Shown piece after piece: positions 1 to 7,883 of a DNA stretch of 58,534 bases. The stretch's first letter is position 1. Every line of letters starts with the position of its first letter. The notes under the pieces were generated by a model. The model was not told where the DNA came from. It made no database searches and worked only from the letters and a program-made list of their open reading frames with translations. A program made the position numbers and the translations under genes. The DNA comes from Pseudomonadota bacterium (GTDB taxonomy: Bacteria; Bdellovibrionota_G; JALEGL01; DATDPG01), in NCBI GenBank assembly GCA_043804515.1, contig JAZDIZ010000074.1, positions 1-58,534 of the forward strand, given 5' to 3'.

Positions 1-471
1 CCGACGTGTCCTTTGTGCCCCATCCGGGCGGGATGTCGGGCGTTCAAGAAAGGCGTGATTCATCTCTTTCCCGCGCCCAAGGCGCGGAGTCGACCGAAAG
101 ACGTATTTGCCACCGCAGCGGTTGTTCGGGCGGAAGGGAAAATCCTCCTTAACCGCCGCGCTTCAAGGGGACGGTTCGGTGGCCTCTGGGAATTTCCGAC
201 GTTCGAGCGACCTGACCCATGGGATTCGGCAGAAGCGGCGCAAGAAGCCCTGAAGCGGGAGTTCGGCCTGAGGTGCCGAGAGGGGAAACCGGCGGGCTCG
301 TTCGAACACAAACTGTCGCACCGGACGATTCACATGTCGGTGGTCGTACATGACCTGAGAAAAGGCCCGAAAACGAAGAAGGGAACCTGGGTGAAGATTG
401 GCGACCGGCGCAAGCTCCCCTTCTCACGGCTTCAGCTGCGTGTCGCGGAACTGACCCTTCCAAATTGTTGA
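1..471 (+). CDS. mutY: A/G-specific adenine glycosylase MutY, C-terminal part (5' end outside window)
   Basis: Frame 1 is open from base 1. The first residues PTCPLCPIRAGC fit the end of the C-x6-C-x2-C-x5-C [4Fe-4S] loop of MutY/Nth. A NUDIX/MutT-like C-terminal domain follows (GGLWEFPTFE). Stop at 469-471. Confidence 0.75.
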   Translation, partial: PTCPLCPIRAGCRAFKKGVIHLFPAPKARSRPKDVFATAAVVRAEGKILLNRRASRGRFGGLWEFPTFERPDPWDSAEAAQEALKREFGLRCREGKPAGSFEHKLSHRTIHMSVVVHDLRKGPKTKKGTWVKIGDRRKLPFSRLQLRVAELTLPNC

Positions 472-512
472 CCCCTTAAGACCGTGAGAATATACGGAGA
501 CTCCCCCGGATT

Positions 513-600
513 GCCTGGGTGGTGGAATTTGGTAGACACACCAGCTTGAGGGGCTGGCGCCAGCAATGGTGTGCAGGTTCGAGTCCTGTCCCAGGCACCA
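513..600 (+). tRNA. tRNA-Leu (anticodon GAG), type II with long variable arm, CCA encoded
   Basis: Cloverleaf drawn by hand. Acceptor GCCTGGG/CCCAGGC. D arm GTG-GAATTTGGTAGA-CAC. Anticodon arm CCAGC-TTGAGGG-GCTGG (anticodon GAG). 15-nt variable arm. T arm GCAGG-TTCGAGT-CCTGT. Discriminator A plus CCA at 598-600. Confidence 0.95.
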
Positions 601-860
601 GCCTTCGCCGAGTGAACTGAGGCGAAGGCTGTCCCGCCGAAGCTCGGCATTAAGGCATAGATCTGCGATCCAAAATGGGGCTTCGGCTAGGCAGGCCAGC
701 CTGTCGTGACTTCAGCGAAGGCGGACTCAACGCATGGCCGAGTGAACTGAGACGAAGGCTGTCCCGCCGAAGCTTTTCGTTAACGCACTGTCTCTCATTT
801 CTGCGCAGGGCTACGGCTAGGCAAGCCAGCACGCAAAGCTCGGTCAATCAATTTGACGCT
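601..860. repeat. Two-copy tandem repeat, period 130 bp, directly abutting the tRNA-Leu 3' end
   Basis: Block CCGAGTGAACTGAG[G/A]CGAAGGCTGTCCCGCCGAAGCT at 608-644 and 738-774 (36/37 identical). Block GGGCT[T/A]CGGCTAGGCA[G/A]GCCAGC at 678-700 and 808-830 (21/23). Unit 1 opens with a 9-bp hairpin GCCTTCGCC (601-609) / GGCGAAGGC (621-629). Confidence 0.85.
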
Positions 861-869
861 CGCGGCTTG

Positions 870-1298
870 ATGGGGGGAGACCTAACAGATATATTTGATT
901 GGGTTTTTTTGACCCAGAAAGCTCCGGTTCACATGCCAAAAGAAGCACGGGGGGATCCCCGGATCGATTTTCGCGTAGCCGTCAACGTTCAACAGGAAAG
1001 CCGCCTTCAGCATTTCTATTCCAGCAACTTGAGCAGCGGCGGGATCTTCCTTGAAATCGAAGGGGACCAACCTCCCGTCGGCTCGAAACTCACCCTGGAA
1101 TTCAACGTTCCACTGCCGAAGAAATTGATCAAGGTCAGCGCGGAGGTGGTCCATCACCATGTGTTCGACTCCCTTGACGACCAGATGCAGAAAGTGAAGA
1201 GGGGCGGAATCGGACTCAAGTTCCTGGACCTCAACCCGGAAGATCAAAAATTGATCTCCCAATTCATCACGGGAAAGGACCTTCATGTCCGAGCCTAA
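870..1298 (+). CDS. PilZ domain protein (c-di-GMP receptor type)
   Basis: RxxxR (RGDPR) and D/NxSxxG (NLSSGG) PilZ motifs, then a beta-barrel-like remainder (GIGLKFLDLNPEDQKLI). The track ORF starts at 675 but its first 65 codons run through the tandem repeat, so I judge them spurious. ATG at 870; alternative ATG at 933. Confidence 0.8.
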   Translation: MGGDLTDIFDWVFLTQKAPVHMPKEARGDPRIDFRVAVNVQQESRLQHFYSSNLSSGGIFLEIEGDQPPVGSKLTLEFNVPLPKKLIKVSAEVVHHHVFDSLDDQMQKVKRGGIGLKFLDLNPEDQKLISQFITGKDLHVRA

Positions 1299-2832
1299 CA
1301 CTTCAGCCGAAAAACCGGGCACCCCGAAGCTCGACTTCGCCGCCCAGGAAAAACCCCGCTTCTCCGACGAAGCCCGGCGGCTGATCCTGTCCAAAACGTC
1401 CCTCGTCTACATTTCTACGTTCGAAGACGCCCGATGCGAGCAGGTTCTCCGCGAACTGGCTAAAGCGATTTCCCAAACCCCGATGAAAGTCTATTCCTGG
1501 ACGGTCACGGCAGGGCTCGATTCCGGGACCGAAAAGGTCCCCGGCACGGAAGACTCCATCAAGGCGCTCGATTTCGTGATCGGTTGCAAGGATCCCGCGC
1601 TCTTCGTCTTCAAGGACCTCAACCAGCAATTCGCCGGCAACCCGATGCTGATCCGGAAGCTGCGCGACACTCACCAGTCGCTCAGGAACGCGTTCAAGAC
1701 CGTCTTTATCGTGGCGCCCTCCATTCAGATTCCGGACGAGATCTCCAAAGAGATCTCCATCCTGGACTTCGAGCTTCCGACGATCGCCGATCTGGAAAAA
1801 CTCCTCGAGGCCACGATCAAGTCGTTCAAGAACCTGAAGGTTGAACTCACGCAGGACGGGCGGGACGATTTCATCAAGTGCGCCATGGGGTTGACCTGGG
1901 ACGAGGCCAAGAGCGCGTTCGTTCGCGCCTGCATGAGCGGACCCGTCCTGAACCGGACGGCCTTGAGTCACGTCATCGACGAGAAATGCAAGATCGTCCG
2001 CAAAGAGGGGATTCTGGAGTACGTGCCGGTGGATTTCGGCATGCAAGAGCTGGGCGGCCTGGACGTATTGAAGGAATGGCTTGAGGCGCGCTCCCGTTTT
2101 TTCTCCAAGGAAGCCCGCGAGTTCGGCCTCAGCGCCCCCCGCGGCGTTCTCCTCACTGGGATCTCCGGCTGCGGAAAATCCAGCTGTGTGAAGGTCATCA
2201 GCCAGTATTGGCGCCTCCCGCTCATGCGCCTCGACATGGCGAAAGTCTACGGCGGGACGCTCGGGAACCCGGAAGAGACCATGCGCCGCGTTCTTAAGAC
2301 GGTCGAGGCGGTGGCGCCGGTGGTCCTCTGGATCGAGGAGATCGAAAAAGGCGTGGCCGGTTACGTCCAGGGGGACGCCGGCGTCACGGCCCGGATCTTC
2401 TCCTCGTTCCTCACATGGATGCAGGAGAGGACCTCCATTGTCTTCATCGCCGCCACGGCCAACGAGATCGACAAGCTGCCGCCGGAGCTGTTGCGGAAAG
2501 GCCGCTTCGACGAGATCTTCTTCCTCGACCTTCCCTCGGAAAAGGAGCGGGGCGAGATCTTCAAGGTCCACATCCTCAGAAGAAAGCACAACCCGGAGAA
2601 GTTCAGCCTCATTAACCTCGCCAAAGCCACGGTGGGCTTCAGCGGCGCCGAGATCGAGCAGATCGTCGCCTCGGGCATGTTCGAGGCCTTTAACGAGAAG
2701 CGGCAGTTCAACGACCACGATCTCTACAAGATGATCGCCCACACCGTCCCGCTCTCCACGACAATGGCGGAGCGGATCAAAGAGATCAAACGGTGGGCGG
2801 ATCAGCGCGCCGTCCGCGCCTCGAAAAACTGA
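1285..2832 (+). CDS. AAA+ ATPase, single C-terminal AAA module with ~250-aa N-terminal domain (Ycf46-like architecture, from memory)
   Basis: Walker A GISGCGKS, Walker B VVLWIEEIE, second region of homology ATANEIDKLPPELLRKGRFD. The ATG at 1285 overlaps the PilZ gene end by 14 nt. Confidence 0.9.
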   Translation: MSEPNTSAEKPGTPKLDFAAQEKPRFSDEARRLILSKTSLVYISTFEDARCEQVLRELAKAISQTPMKVYSWTVTAGLDSGTEKVPGTEDSIKALDFVIGCKDPALFVFKDLNQQFAGNPMLIRKLRDTHQSLRNAFKTVFIVAPSIQIPDEISKEISILDFELPTIADLEKLLEATIKSFKNLKVELTQDGRDDFIKCAMGLTWDEAKSAFVRACMSGPVLNRTALSHVIDEKCKIVRKEGILEYVPVDFGMQELGGLDVLKEWLEARSRFFSKEAREFGLSAPRGVLLTGISGCGKSSCVKVISQYWRLPLMRLDMAKVYGGTLGNPEETMRRVLKTVEAVAPVVLWIEEIEKGVAGYVQGDAGVTARIFSSFLTWMQERTSIVFIAATANEIDKLPPELLRKGRFDEIFFLDLPSEKERGEIFKVHILRRKHNPEKFSLINLAKATVGFSGAEIEQIVASGMFEAFNEKRQFNDHDLYKMIAHTVPLSTTMAERIKEIKRWADQRAVRASKN

Positions 2833-2845
2833 CCCTGGTCGGTTT

Positions 2846-3514
2846 CTACTTCATCGGTATCAGGGTCGTGGCCGTAGTGGTCGAGCGCTCTTTCTGCGAT
2901 TGACCGCGAACTGCGCCGAATCCCGTTCGAGGAGACGACATGTTATTCCCGGACGCGCCCGCCGATGTGAGATTCTGTTCCAGCCGTCTTTCCAAAAAGC
3001 TCAGCGCTTCATTGTAGGAACCGCAATCCCGAAGCCTGGCCGTGACCACCCGATCGTTTCTCAGCCGTTCCAGCTGATCGTGGATCGGGCGAAGAATCGC
3101 CGACACCACGTCTCGGGACATCGGCCGGTCCAAGCCTGCCAAGGGTTTCAGGTGCGCACGGATGTCGTTCTCCAGCGCCTCGACCCTCAGAGCGCTCTCG
3201 TGGTCCCCGTTGTCCTCGTACGCGCATCGGGCCGAATCAAGCTGAGCGAAAGCCAAGGCGTCGTAAGCCGCGCTTGCCACGTCGATTCTAGCCCGGTGTC
3301 CAGGCGAGGCGAGCCGTGAGGGGTGCACGTCAGTCCCCCACAGGGGCATTTCCGAATTCACGCGCTGGGGAGCGGCGTAGACTTCCGTGACGACATTCTG
3401 AGCCACCTGGAGTTCCTCACATGTGTCCGTGCAGCCCGACCCCGCATAAGCCTGCGTTCCCGCAAGAATGAAACCGAGCGCAAAAAACAGAACAACAACC
3501 GATCTCTTGAACAT
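2846..3514 (-). CDS. hypothetical secreted protein
   Basis: ATG at 3514 preceded by AGGGAG. Signal peptide MFKRSVVVLFFALGFILAGTQAYA. No family recognised. The track ORF extends to 3616, but that extension lacks a signal peptide or RBS. Confidence 0.7.
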   Translation of the reverse strand: MFKRSVVVLFFALGFILAGTQAYAGSGCTDTCEELQVAQNVVTEVYAAPQRVNSEMPLWGTDVHPSRLASPGHRARIDVASAAYDALAFAQLDSARCAYEDNGDHESALRVEALENDIRAHLKPLAGLDRPMSRDVVSAILRPIHDQLERLRNDRVVTARLRDCGSYNEALSFLERRLEQNLTSAGASGNNMSSPRTGFGAVRGQSQKERSTTTATTLIPMK

Positions 3515-3857
3515 CTGCGTCTCCCTATTGTTGTGGTTTACGAACAGAGAATTTGAAGGCTGAAAACTGGACGACTGCGCAGAGAAAAAGCCAACGCTTC
3601 GACTCAACCCCTCCAACCAAGCGCGGATTATCTGAAGCTTCCATCCCTACTAGTCAATTCAAGCTACTACCACACAGCGTCAAGAACCAAGGAATCTTCT
3701 TGATCTGGATCAGGAAAAACCAGATGGACCGAAATAAATCCGGGTAGTTTCAACCAGATACGAAACGAACTCGGGCCCGGCAAACCGACCTCCGTCTCCA
3801 CGCGTCGCGTAGAGCGCTGCACGTCCCCGAAAGCCCCATTATTCCAGGCGGGTCTTA

Positions 3858-5489
3858 CTATTTTCCCGGGACTGGAATGGTCATTTTCGGCGGTAGTTCA
3901 AAGCCGGCTTTTTGGAAAATCGATTGATGTCCGGCTTCCGGATACGCACGGGAGATATGTCTCGGCATGAGCGTCCAGTCTTCTGAGCCCGATTCCTGCG
4001 CCAAGAGAATATTGCCGACCATATGCTGGCCGTTTCCCTGCCCCAGGACCATGATGACAACCAATTGAGCGGGGATCGGGTTCCCTTCCTTATCCGTCCG
4101 CGCCGTTAATGTGGCTTCTCTGGGAAGGTCCAGGTCACCTGCGATCTTCTGCACATTCTCATCGAGCTGATCCAGTTTGAATGAGCTCACTTTCAAGCTC
4201 CGATTGTAGAAGACGGCGTAGAGCGCAGCTTCGCCTTCCCTGGTTCCAACGATACGGCCAGTCACTTTGTCTTTAATGTCAGCAACGACGTCTTGGAGCT
4301 TGATGTTCAAGCCGCCGTCAGGCGGAATGATCCACCCTTCCGCTACGGCAATAGCTTTGTCGCCGTCGGAAAAGTTCACAAAGTTTCCATTGGTGCGCGT
4401 GAGGTCACCCAGCCGGAAATCCTTGGCATTCTTGGGCTTCATAAGAACCGGTTCCTCTTCATCAGCCTTAATGAGGGCGACGTCCTGGACCGGGCCGCCT
4501 TCTACAAGGGACTCCATGCCCACGGGCGTAGCCGAGCCGTTCCTATTAAGCAGCGTCTCAAAGAGCGCGAGGCTGTCTTTCTTGCCGGTGGCTGCATCAA
4601 GAACTATCAGGCTGGCGAGCGCATTGTTGAAATCGCTGATTTTGCCGCCCTTGTCGAAGGCACGTGAAATCTTCTTACCGAAGGAATCCCAGTCCATGTG
4701 ACGGGCCGCTGCCTGCAGTTCTTTGTTCGTCTTGTCCTTCTTGAGAGCATCAACGCGTGCTTTGATTCCGTCGATAAAGTTAGTAGCGCCGACTTTGAAC
4801 ACACCCATCTGAAAACCGTTGGGTTCCTCGTTTCCAAGAGCAAGGTACTCCGTGGCGACCTTGTCCTCGCATGTGTCGCCGATGCCGTCGTGGTCTGTGT
4901 CGGGCTTTTTCGCCTCGTCTTTGCATTTCTCCTTCCAGGCCGACATGCCGAGCTTGAATTCATCTTGAGCGGGCGCTTCCGGTGCGGTCCGGACTCCCGG
5001 GGCCTCCGGACCTGCCGGCGGGTCAACACGCGGAGTCTCTGTGCGGCTCACTTCTCGCTGGTTCTTGCAGTGGACGGTAACTACGGCCTTAGTCCCTTGA
5101 TCGATGACTTGGTCGCCTTCGCCGAAGACACAGCGACACGGGTTAGCGTTGCCGATGTTCGCACACGGTTGTCGGGTTCCGTACCCGGGCATCCCCGCCC
5201 GGTCGTAGCCGGGCATTCCGAGGGCATTGTAAGGGACTCCCCCGGCGTACTGGCCACGATAATTAGTGCCGTACGGGGAGTATTGGCCTGCCGGTGCGGC
5301 TTGCTGAATCGGGCGAGCGTTGGGTGCGAAAGGATTCCCTCCATAACCGAAGTTGGCGTAGAGAGCCGGATTGACGAGCGGCGCGTGATTATTCGTCTTT
5401 CCGCATCCCGCCAGGATCGGCACCCCCACAAGGAAGGCTGCAGCCAAACTAAGGCCGGTTCGGATTCTAATTCTGTGTATCTGACGCAT
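3858..5489 (-). CDS. hypothetical lipoprotein with one thrombospondin-type-3-like Ca-binding motif
   Basis: GGAGG lies 5 nt upstream of the ATG at 5489. Lipobox ILAGC. G/P/Y/N-rich linker. DTDHDGIGDTCED motif. GC looks lower than in neighbouring genes. Confidence 0.8.
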   Translation of the reverse strand: MRQIHRIRIRTGLSLAAAFLVGVPILAGCGKTNNHAPLVNPALYANFGYGGNPFAPNARPIQQAAPAGQYSPYGTNYRGQYAGGVPYNALGMPGYDRAGMPGYGTRQPCANIGNANPCRCVFGEGDQVIDQGTKAVVTVHCKNQREVSRTETPRVDPPAGPEAPGVRTAPEAPAQDEFKLGMSAWKEKCKDEAKKPDTDHDGIGDTCEDKVATEYLALGNEEPNGFQMGVFKVGATNFIDGIKARVDALKKDKTNKELQAAARHMDWDSFGKKISRAFDKGGKISDFNNALASLIVLDAATGKKDSLALFETLLNRNGSATPVGMESLVEGGPVQDVALIKADEEEPVLMKPKNAKDFRLGDLTRTNGNFVNFSDGDKAIAVAEGWIIPPDGGLNIKLQDVVADIKDKVTGRIVGTREGEAALYAVFYNRSLKVSSFKLDQLDENVQKIAGDLDLPREATLTARTDKEGNPIPAQLVVIMVLGQGNGQHMVGNILLAQESGSEDWTLMPRHISRAYPEAGHQSIFQKAGFELPPKMTIPVPGK

Positions 5490-5649
5490 AACGTCCTCCA
5501 TCTTCCGAGCCCATATAACGCAACACTCGTACCAACCCGGCCACAAGTGGATATTCAATGATTTCGACAACTTAGCCCAGAGAGGCCCCTCTCTGGAGTG
5601 AGCCAGATGTCGCCGACGGGTCGCGGTGGGATATTCCCGCCCCAGCCAG

Positions 5650-5687
5650 CCATTTAAGGGTTAAGCGTTAAGCCTTAATGGTTTTTT
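5650..5687 (+). terminator. intrinsic-terminator-like hairpin plus T6, plus-strand orientation only
   Basis: CCATTTAAGGGTTAAGC-G-TTAAGCCTTAATGG forms about 13 bp with one bulge and one mismatch, followed by TTTTTT (5682-5687). There is no A-run upstream, so it is not bidirectional. No plus-strand gene lies nearby. Confidence 0.4.
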
Positions 5688-5860
5688 CCTCCCTATCAGC
5701 GGAGTCGTCATCTTGTGGCGGCGGCCCTGTAAGTGTTTCAGGAGGACCGCTAGACCTGTCTTCGCTGAAGTGAGGATTCTCGAGTGTTCGCAATTATCTT
5801 AGCGGGGTGGAGCGGTGCCGGAGCGGAGGTCAGGCGCAGGATCGCCTTGTTGGGGCTGAT

Positions 5861-5884
5861 GGGGACACCCTTAAGGGTGTCCCC
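5861..5884. repeat. perfect 24-bp palindrome GGGGACACCCTTAAGGGTGTCCCC
   Basis: Its reverse complement equals itself. The arms GGGGACAC/GTGTCCCC are the same as in the hairpin elements at 26644-26697 and 27166-27253. Confidence 0.9.
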
Positions 5885-6046
5885 CGTGATACCCCGTGAT
5901 GCGATTCGAGCCACGGCGCGAAGGCCCGCGCCACCCCGCCCAACTCATCGCAACTCATGAATGACCTTTAGAAACAGATGGAGAGCGCGGCTCTCCCCGA
6001 CCGATCGAGACTCGGCAAACCGCCGCCGCCCAAAATGTCTGCGGAG

Positions 6047-6616
6047 TTATTCTTCGTGCAGTCGCATCGCCGCGAGGTTGTATTGCTCGAACCCCGCCTC
6101 GGCCGCCGTATAGAGCACTTGCGTGACCAACCAGTACGGCGTGTCCTTGTCGGCGATCACCAGGATCTTCCCTTCGAATTTGATCGACGGGTTCTTGGAA
6201 GCGATGAATTGGATCCCTTTCGCTTTTCTCTCCAGAACACGGCTCAACTCCGGAAGCGTAAAGTCGCGCTTTTTGGCTTGAGACTCCAGCTTGCCCAGCG
6301 TGCCCTTGTCCAGCTCGATGACACGTTCGTCGTCCACGGCGATAACGCCCGTCTGCCCCTCGGTGGCCTTCGTCACGGTCAGCTTCACCGCTTCCTGAGG
6401 CGGAGTGGTATTGGACGACTTGGGGACGTTGATGACGTCACCCACCGGAATGGACATGGCGCTCACGGAATAGCTTTTCAGGAGAAAGATCACGACCACC
6501 GTGAGCATGTCCATCATGGCCACGAGGTTCAGCTCCCGGATCGCCCCGGGATGGAAGGACTTTCCCCGCCTCTTCCTAAGTTTCATGCGCCATTTTCGGG
6601 ATACAAACTCGTCCAT
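6047..6616 (-). CDS. exbD: biopolymer transport protein ExbD/TolR family
   Basis: Single N-terminal TM with the family signature ELNLVAMMDMLTVVVIFLL, then a periplasmic domain. Second ExbD paralog of the cluster. Confidence 0.9.
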   Translation of the reverse strand: MDEFVSRKWRMKLRKRRGKSFHPGAIRELNLVAMMDMLTVVVIFLLKSYSVSAMSIPVGDVINVPKSSNTTPPQEAVKLTVTKATEGQTGVIAVDDERVIELDKGTLGKLESQAKKRDFTLPELSRVLERKAKGIQFIASKNPSIKFEGKILVIADKDTPYWLVTQVLYTAAEAGFEQYNLAAMRLHEE

Positions 6617-6626
6617 TTCGTCTCCC

Positions 6627-7130
6627 TCAGAAGATGCTGAGCGTCACGTCGGGGAACAGATCCCCCGCCCCGGCCGTTCTTTCCCGCACCGCGTCCATCG
6701 TGTGGACGATGTCGTCGTAAACGACGTTCGGCTCGGAAATGATCAGAACCCGAGTCTCGTCGGCGAAACGCGTTTTTATGTTCCCTACGGCGTTCGTGAG
6801 CTCCAGGAAGTTGTACGTTCCGTCCGGGGCCTTCGGGACCGGGACTTGCCTCATCGAGGCCCCGCCTTGCACGTTCGGGTCCACTACATAACCCGCCTTC
6901 GTCACTCTCACCATCAGGAGCAGCTGCGCCTTTTTCACTTGGGCCGCTGCCTTAGGCGAATCCGGTGCGAGTTGAGGGATCGAGGCGTTGAGCATTGTAA
7001 AGCTCAGAAAACTCGTGATGGTCACCAGGAGGAAAAGGACCAGCACGGTCATCATGTCCAGGTACGGAACCAGATTCAGTTCCGTCCCGATCGACTCAAG
7101 GCCTGCTCGATGTCCGCGACCACGGGCCAT
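6627..7130 (-). CDS. exbD: biopolymer transport protein ExbD/TolR family
   Basis: ELNLVPYLDMMTVLVLFLLV signature TM helix. Lies 8 nt downstream of exbB. Confidence 0.9.
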   Translation of the reverse strand: MARGRGHRAGLESIGTELNLVPYLDMMTVLVLFLLVTITSFLSFTMLNASIPQLAPDSPKAAAQVKKAQLLLMVRVTKAGYVVDPNVQGGASMRQVPVPKAPDGTYNFLELTNAVGNIKTRFADETRVLIISEPNVVYDDIVHTMDAVRERTAGAGDLFPDVTLSIF

Positions 7131-7138
7131 GGCGTGGC

Positions 7139-7783
7139 CTAAGCCGCTTTTTCAGCGTCGTGACGCAGCGACAACAGGTTCTCCAGGCGGCTGGAGTAAT
7201 AGTCCAGGTCGCTGATGATCCTCTTTGCGACGCCGGAAAGGATCAAGTGGGACACGATGCACATCACGGCGATCGTCAGACCGGTCGCGGTGTTAAACAA
7301 GGCTTCGGCGATGCCGGCGCCCAGTAACGTGGCCCGCTGTTCCGGCGTGGCGACCGACAACCCTCTGAAGGAGGTGATCAGACCCAGAATGGTCCCGATC
7401 AGCCCGATCAACGTTGCGATGTTCGCCAGGGACCAAAGGCTCCCGATCCGTTTCTCGATCTGCGGGGTTACCTGAAGCAGGGCCTCGTCCACGGACATCG
7501 ACACGGCCATCCCGCCCCGATTCGCCTTCGTGAGCCCGGCCTTTACGACCTGGGCCAGCGGGGCCTGCGACGTGTTGCAATAGTTGATGGCCTGCGTGAG
7601 ATCGTTGGCCAATACATAGCGTTCGATGTTCTTCATGAAGTTCTTCCCGTCCGTCTGGTAGCGGAACATGAGAAGGAAAAAGCGCTCCAGAATCACCGCC
7701 ACGGCGGCCATGGAGACGATTACGTTGAGCGCGAAGAACGAGAAAAAGCCGGTGTCTTTTAAGAATTGTGCAAAACTAGCCAT
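7139..7783 (-). CDS. exbB: MotA/TolQ/ExbB proton-channel protein
   Basis: Three TM helices. Conserved C-terminal core LANIATLIGLIGTILGLITSF ... GIAEALFNTATGL. Confidence 0.9.
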   Translation of the reverse strand: MASFAQFLKDTGFFSFFALNVIVSMAAVAVILERFFLLMFRYQTDGKNFMKNIERYVLANDLTQAINYCNTSQAPLAQVVKAGLTKANRGGMAVSMSVDEALLQVTPQIEKRIGSLWSLANIATLIGLIGTILGLITSFRGLSVATPEQRATLLGAGIAEALFNTATGLTIAVMCIVSHLILSGVAKRIISDLDYYSSRLENLLSLRHDAEKAA

Positions 7784-7883
7784 CTATTAAATTCCTCCTG
7801 AATTGAGCTGTTCCTTGCGATCCTCGGATTGAGTCTCTCTGAATGGTCCAGTTCGATTTCCAAGACCGCATTTTATAGATAAC

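Noticed and set aside
659-678. 18-mer GATCTGCGATCCA[A/G]AATG shared with 50484-50502, considered as att-like direct repeats flanking a 50-kb island next to the tRNA
   Set aside because: A 17/18 match is expected by chance about once or more in 58 kb on both strands. The intervening DNA holds core genes (alaS, recA, ftsK), and no integrase is present.
675-869. N-terminal 65 codons of track ORF 675..1298
   Set aside because: They run straight through the two 130-bp tandem repeat units and translate to Arg/Ser-rich junk. The PilZ domain with its RxxxR motif begins after 930.
1303-2742. Long antisense or alternative-frame ORFs (this one at 479 aa; also 16523..18154, 18830..19819, 29988..31163, 30979..32415, 33556..35064, 9185..10573, 52296..53441)
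   Set aside because: They are typical high-GC shadow ORFs opposite or overlapping genes that have unmistakable motifs (AAA+, alaS, recA/pilT, ftsK, rnj, dacB, M16). Their translations are Arg/Gly/Pro-rich with no recognisable domains.
6047-7783. Zorya-type (ZorAB) defence stator
   Set aside because: The proteins are ordinary-sized ExbB (214 aa) and ExbD (167 and 189 aa), with no long ZorA tail and no ZorC/D-like genes.
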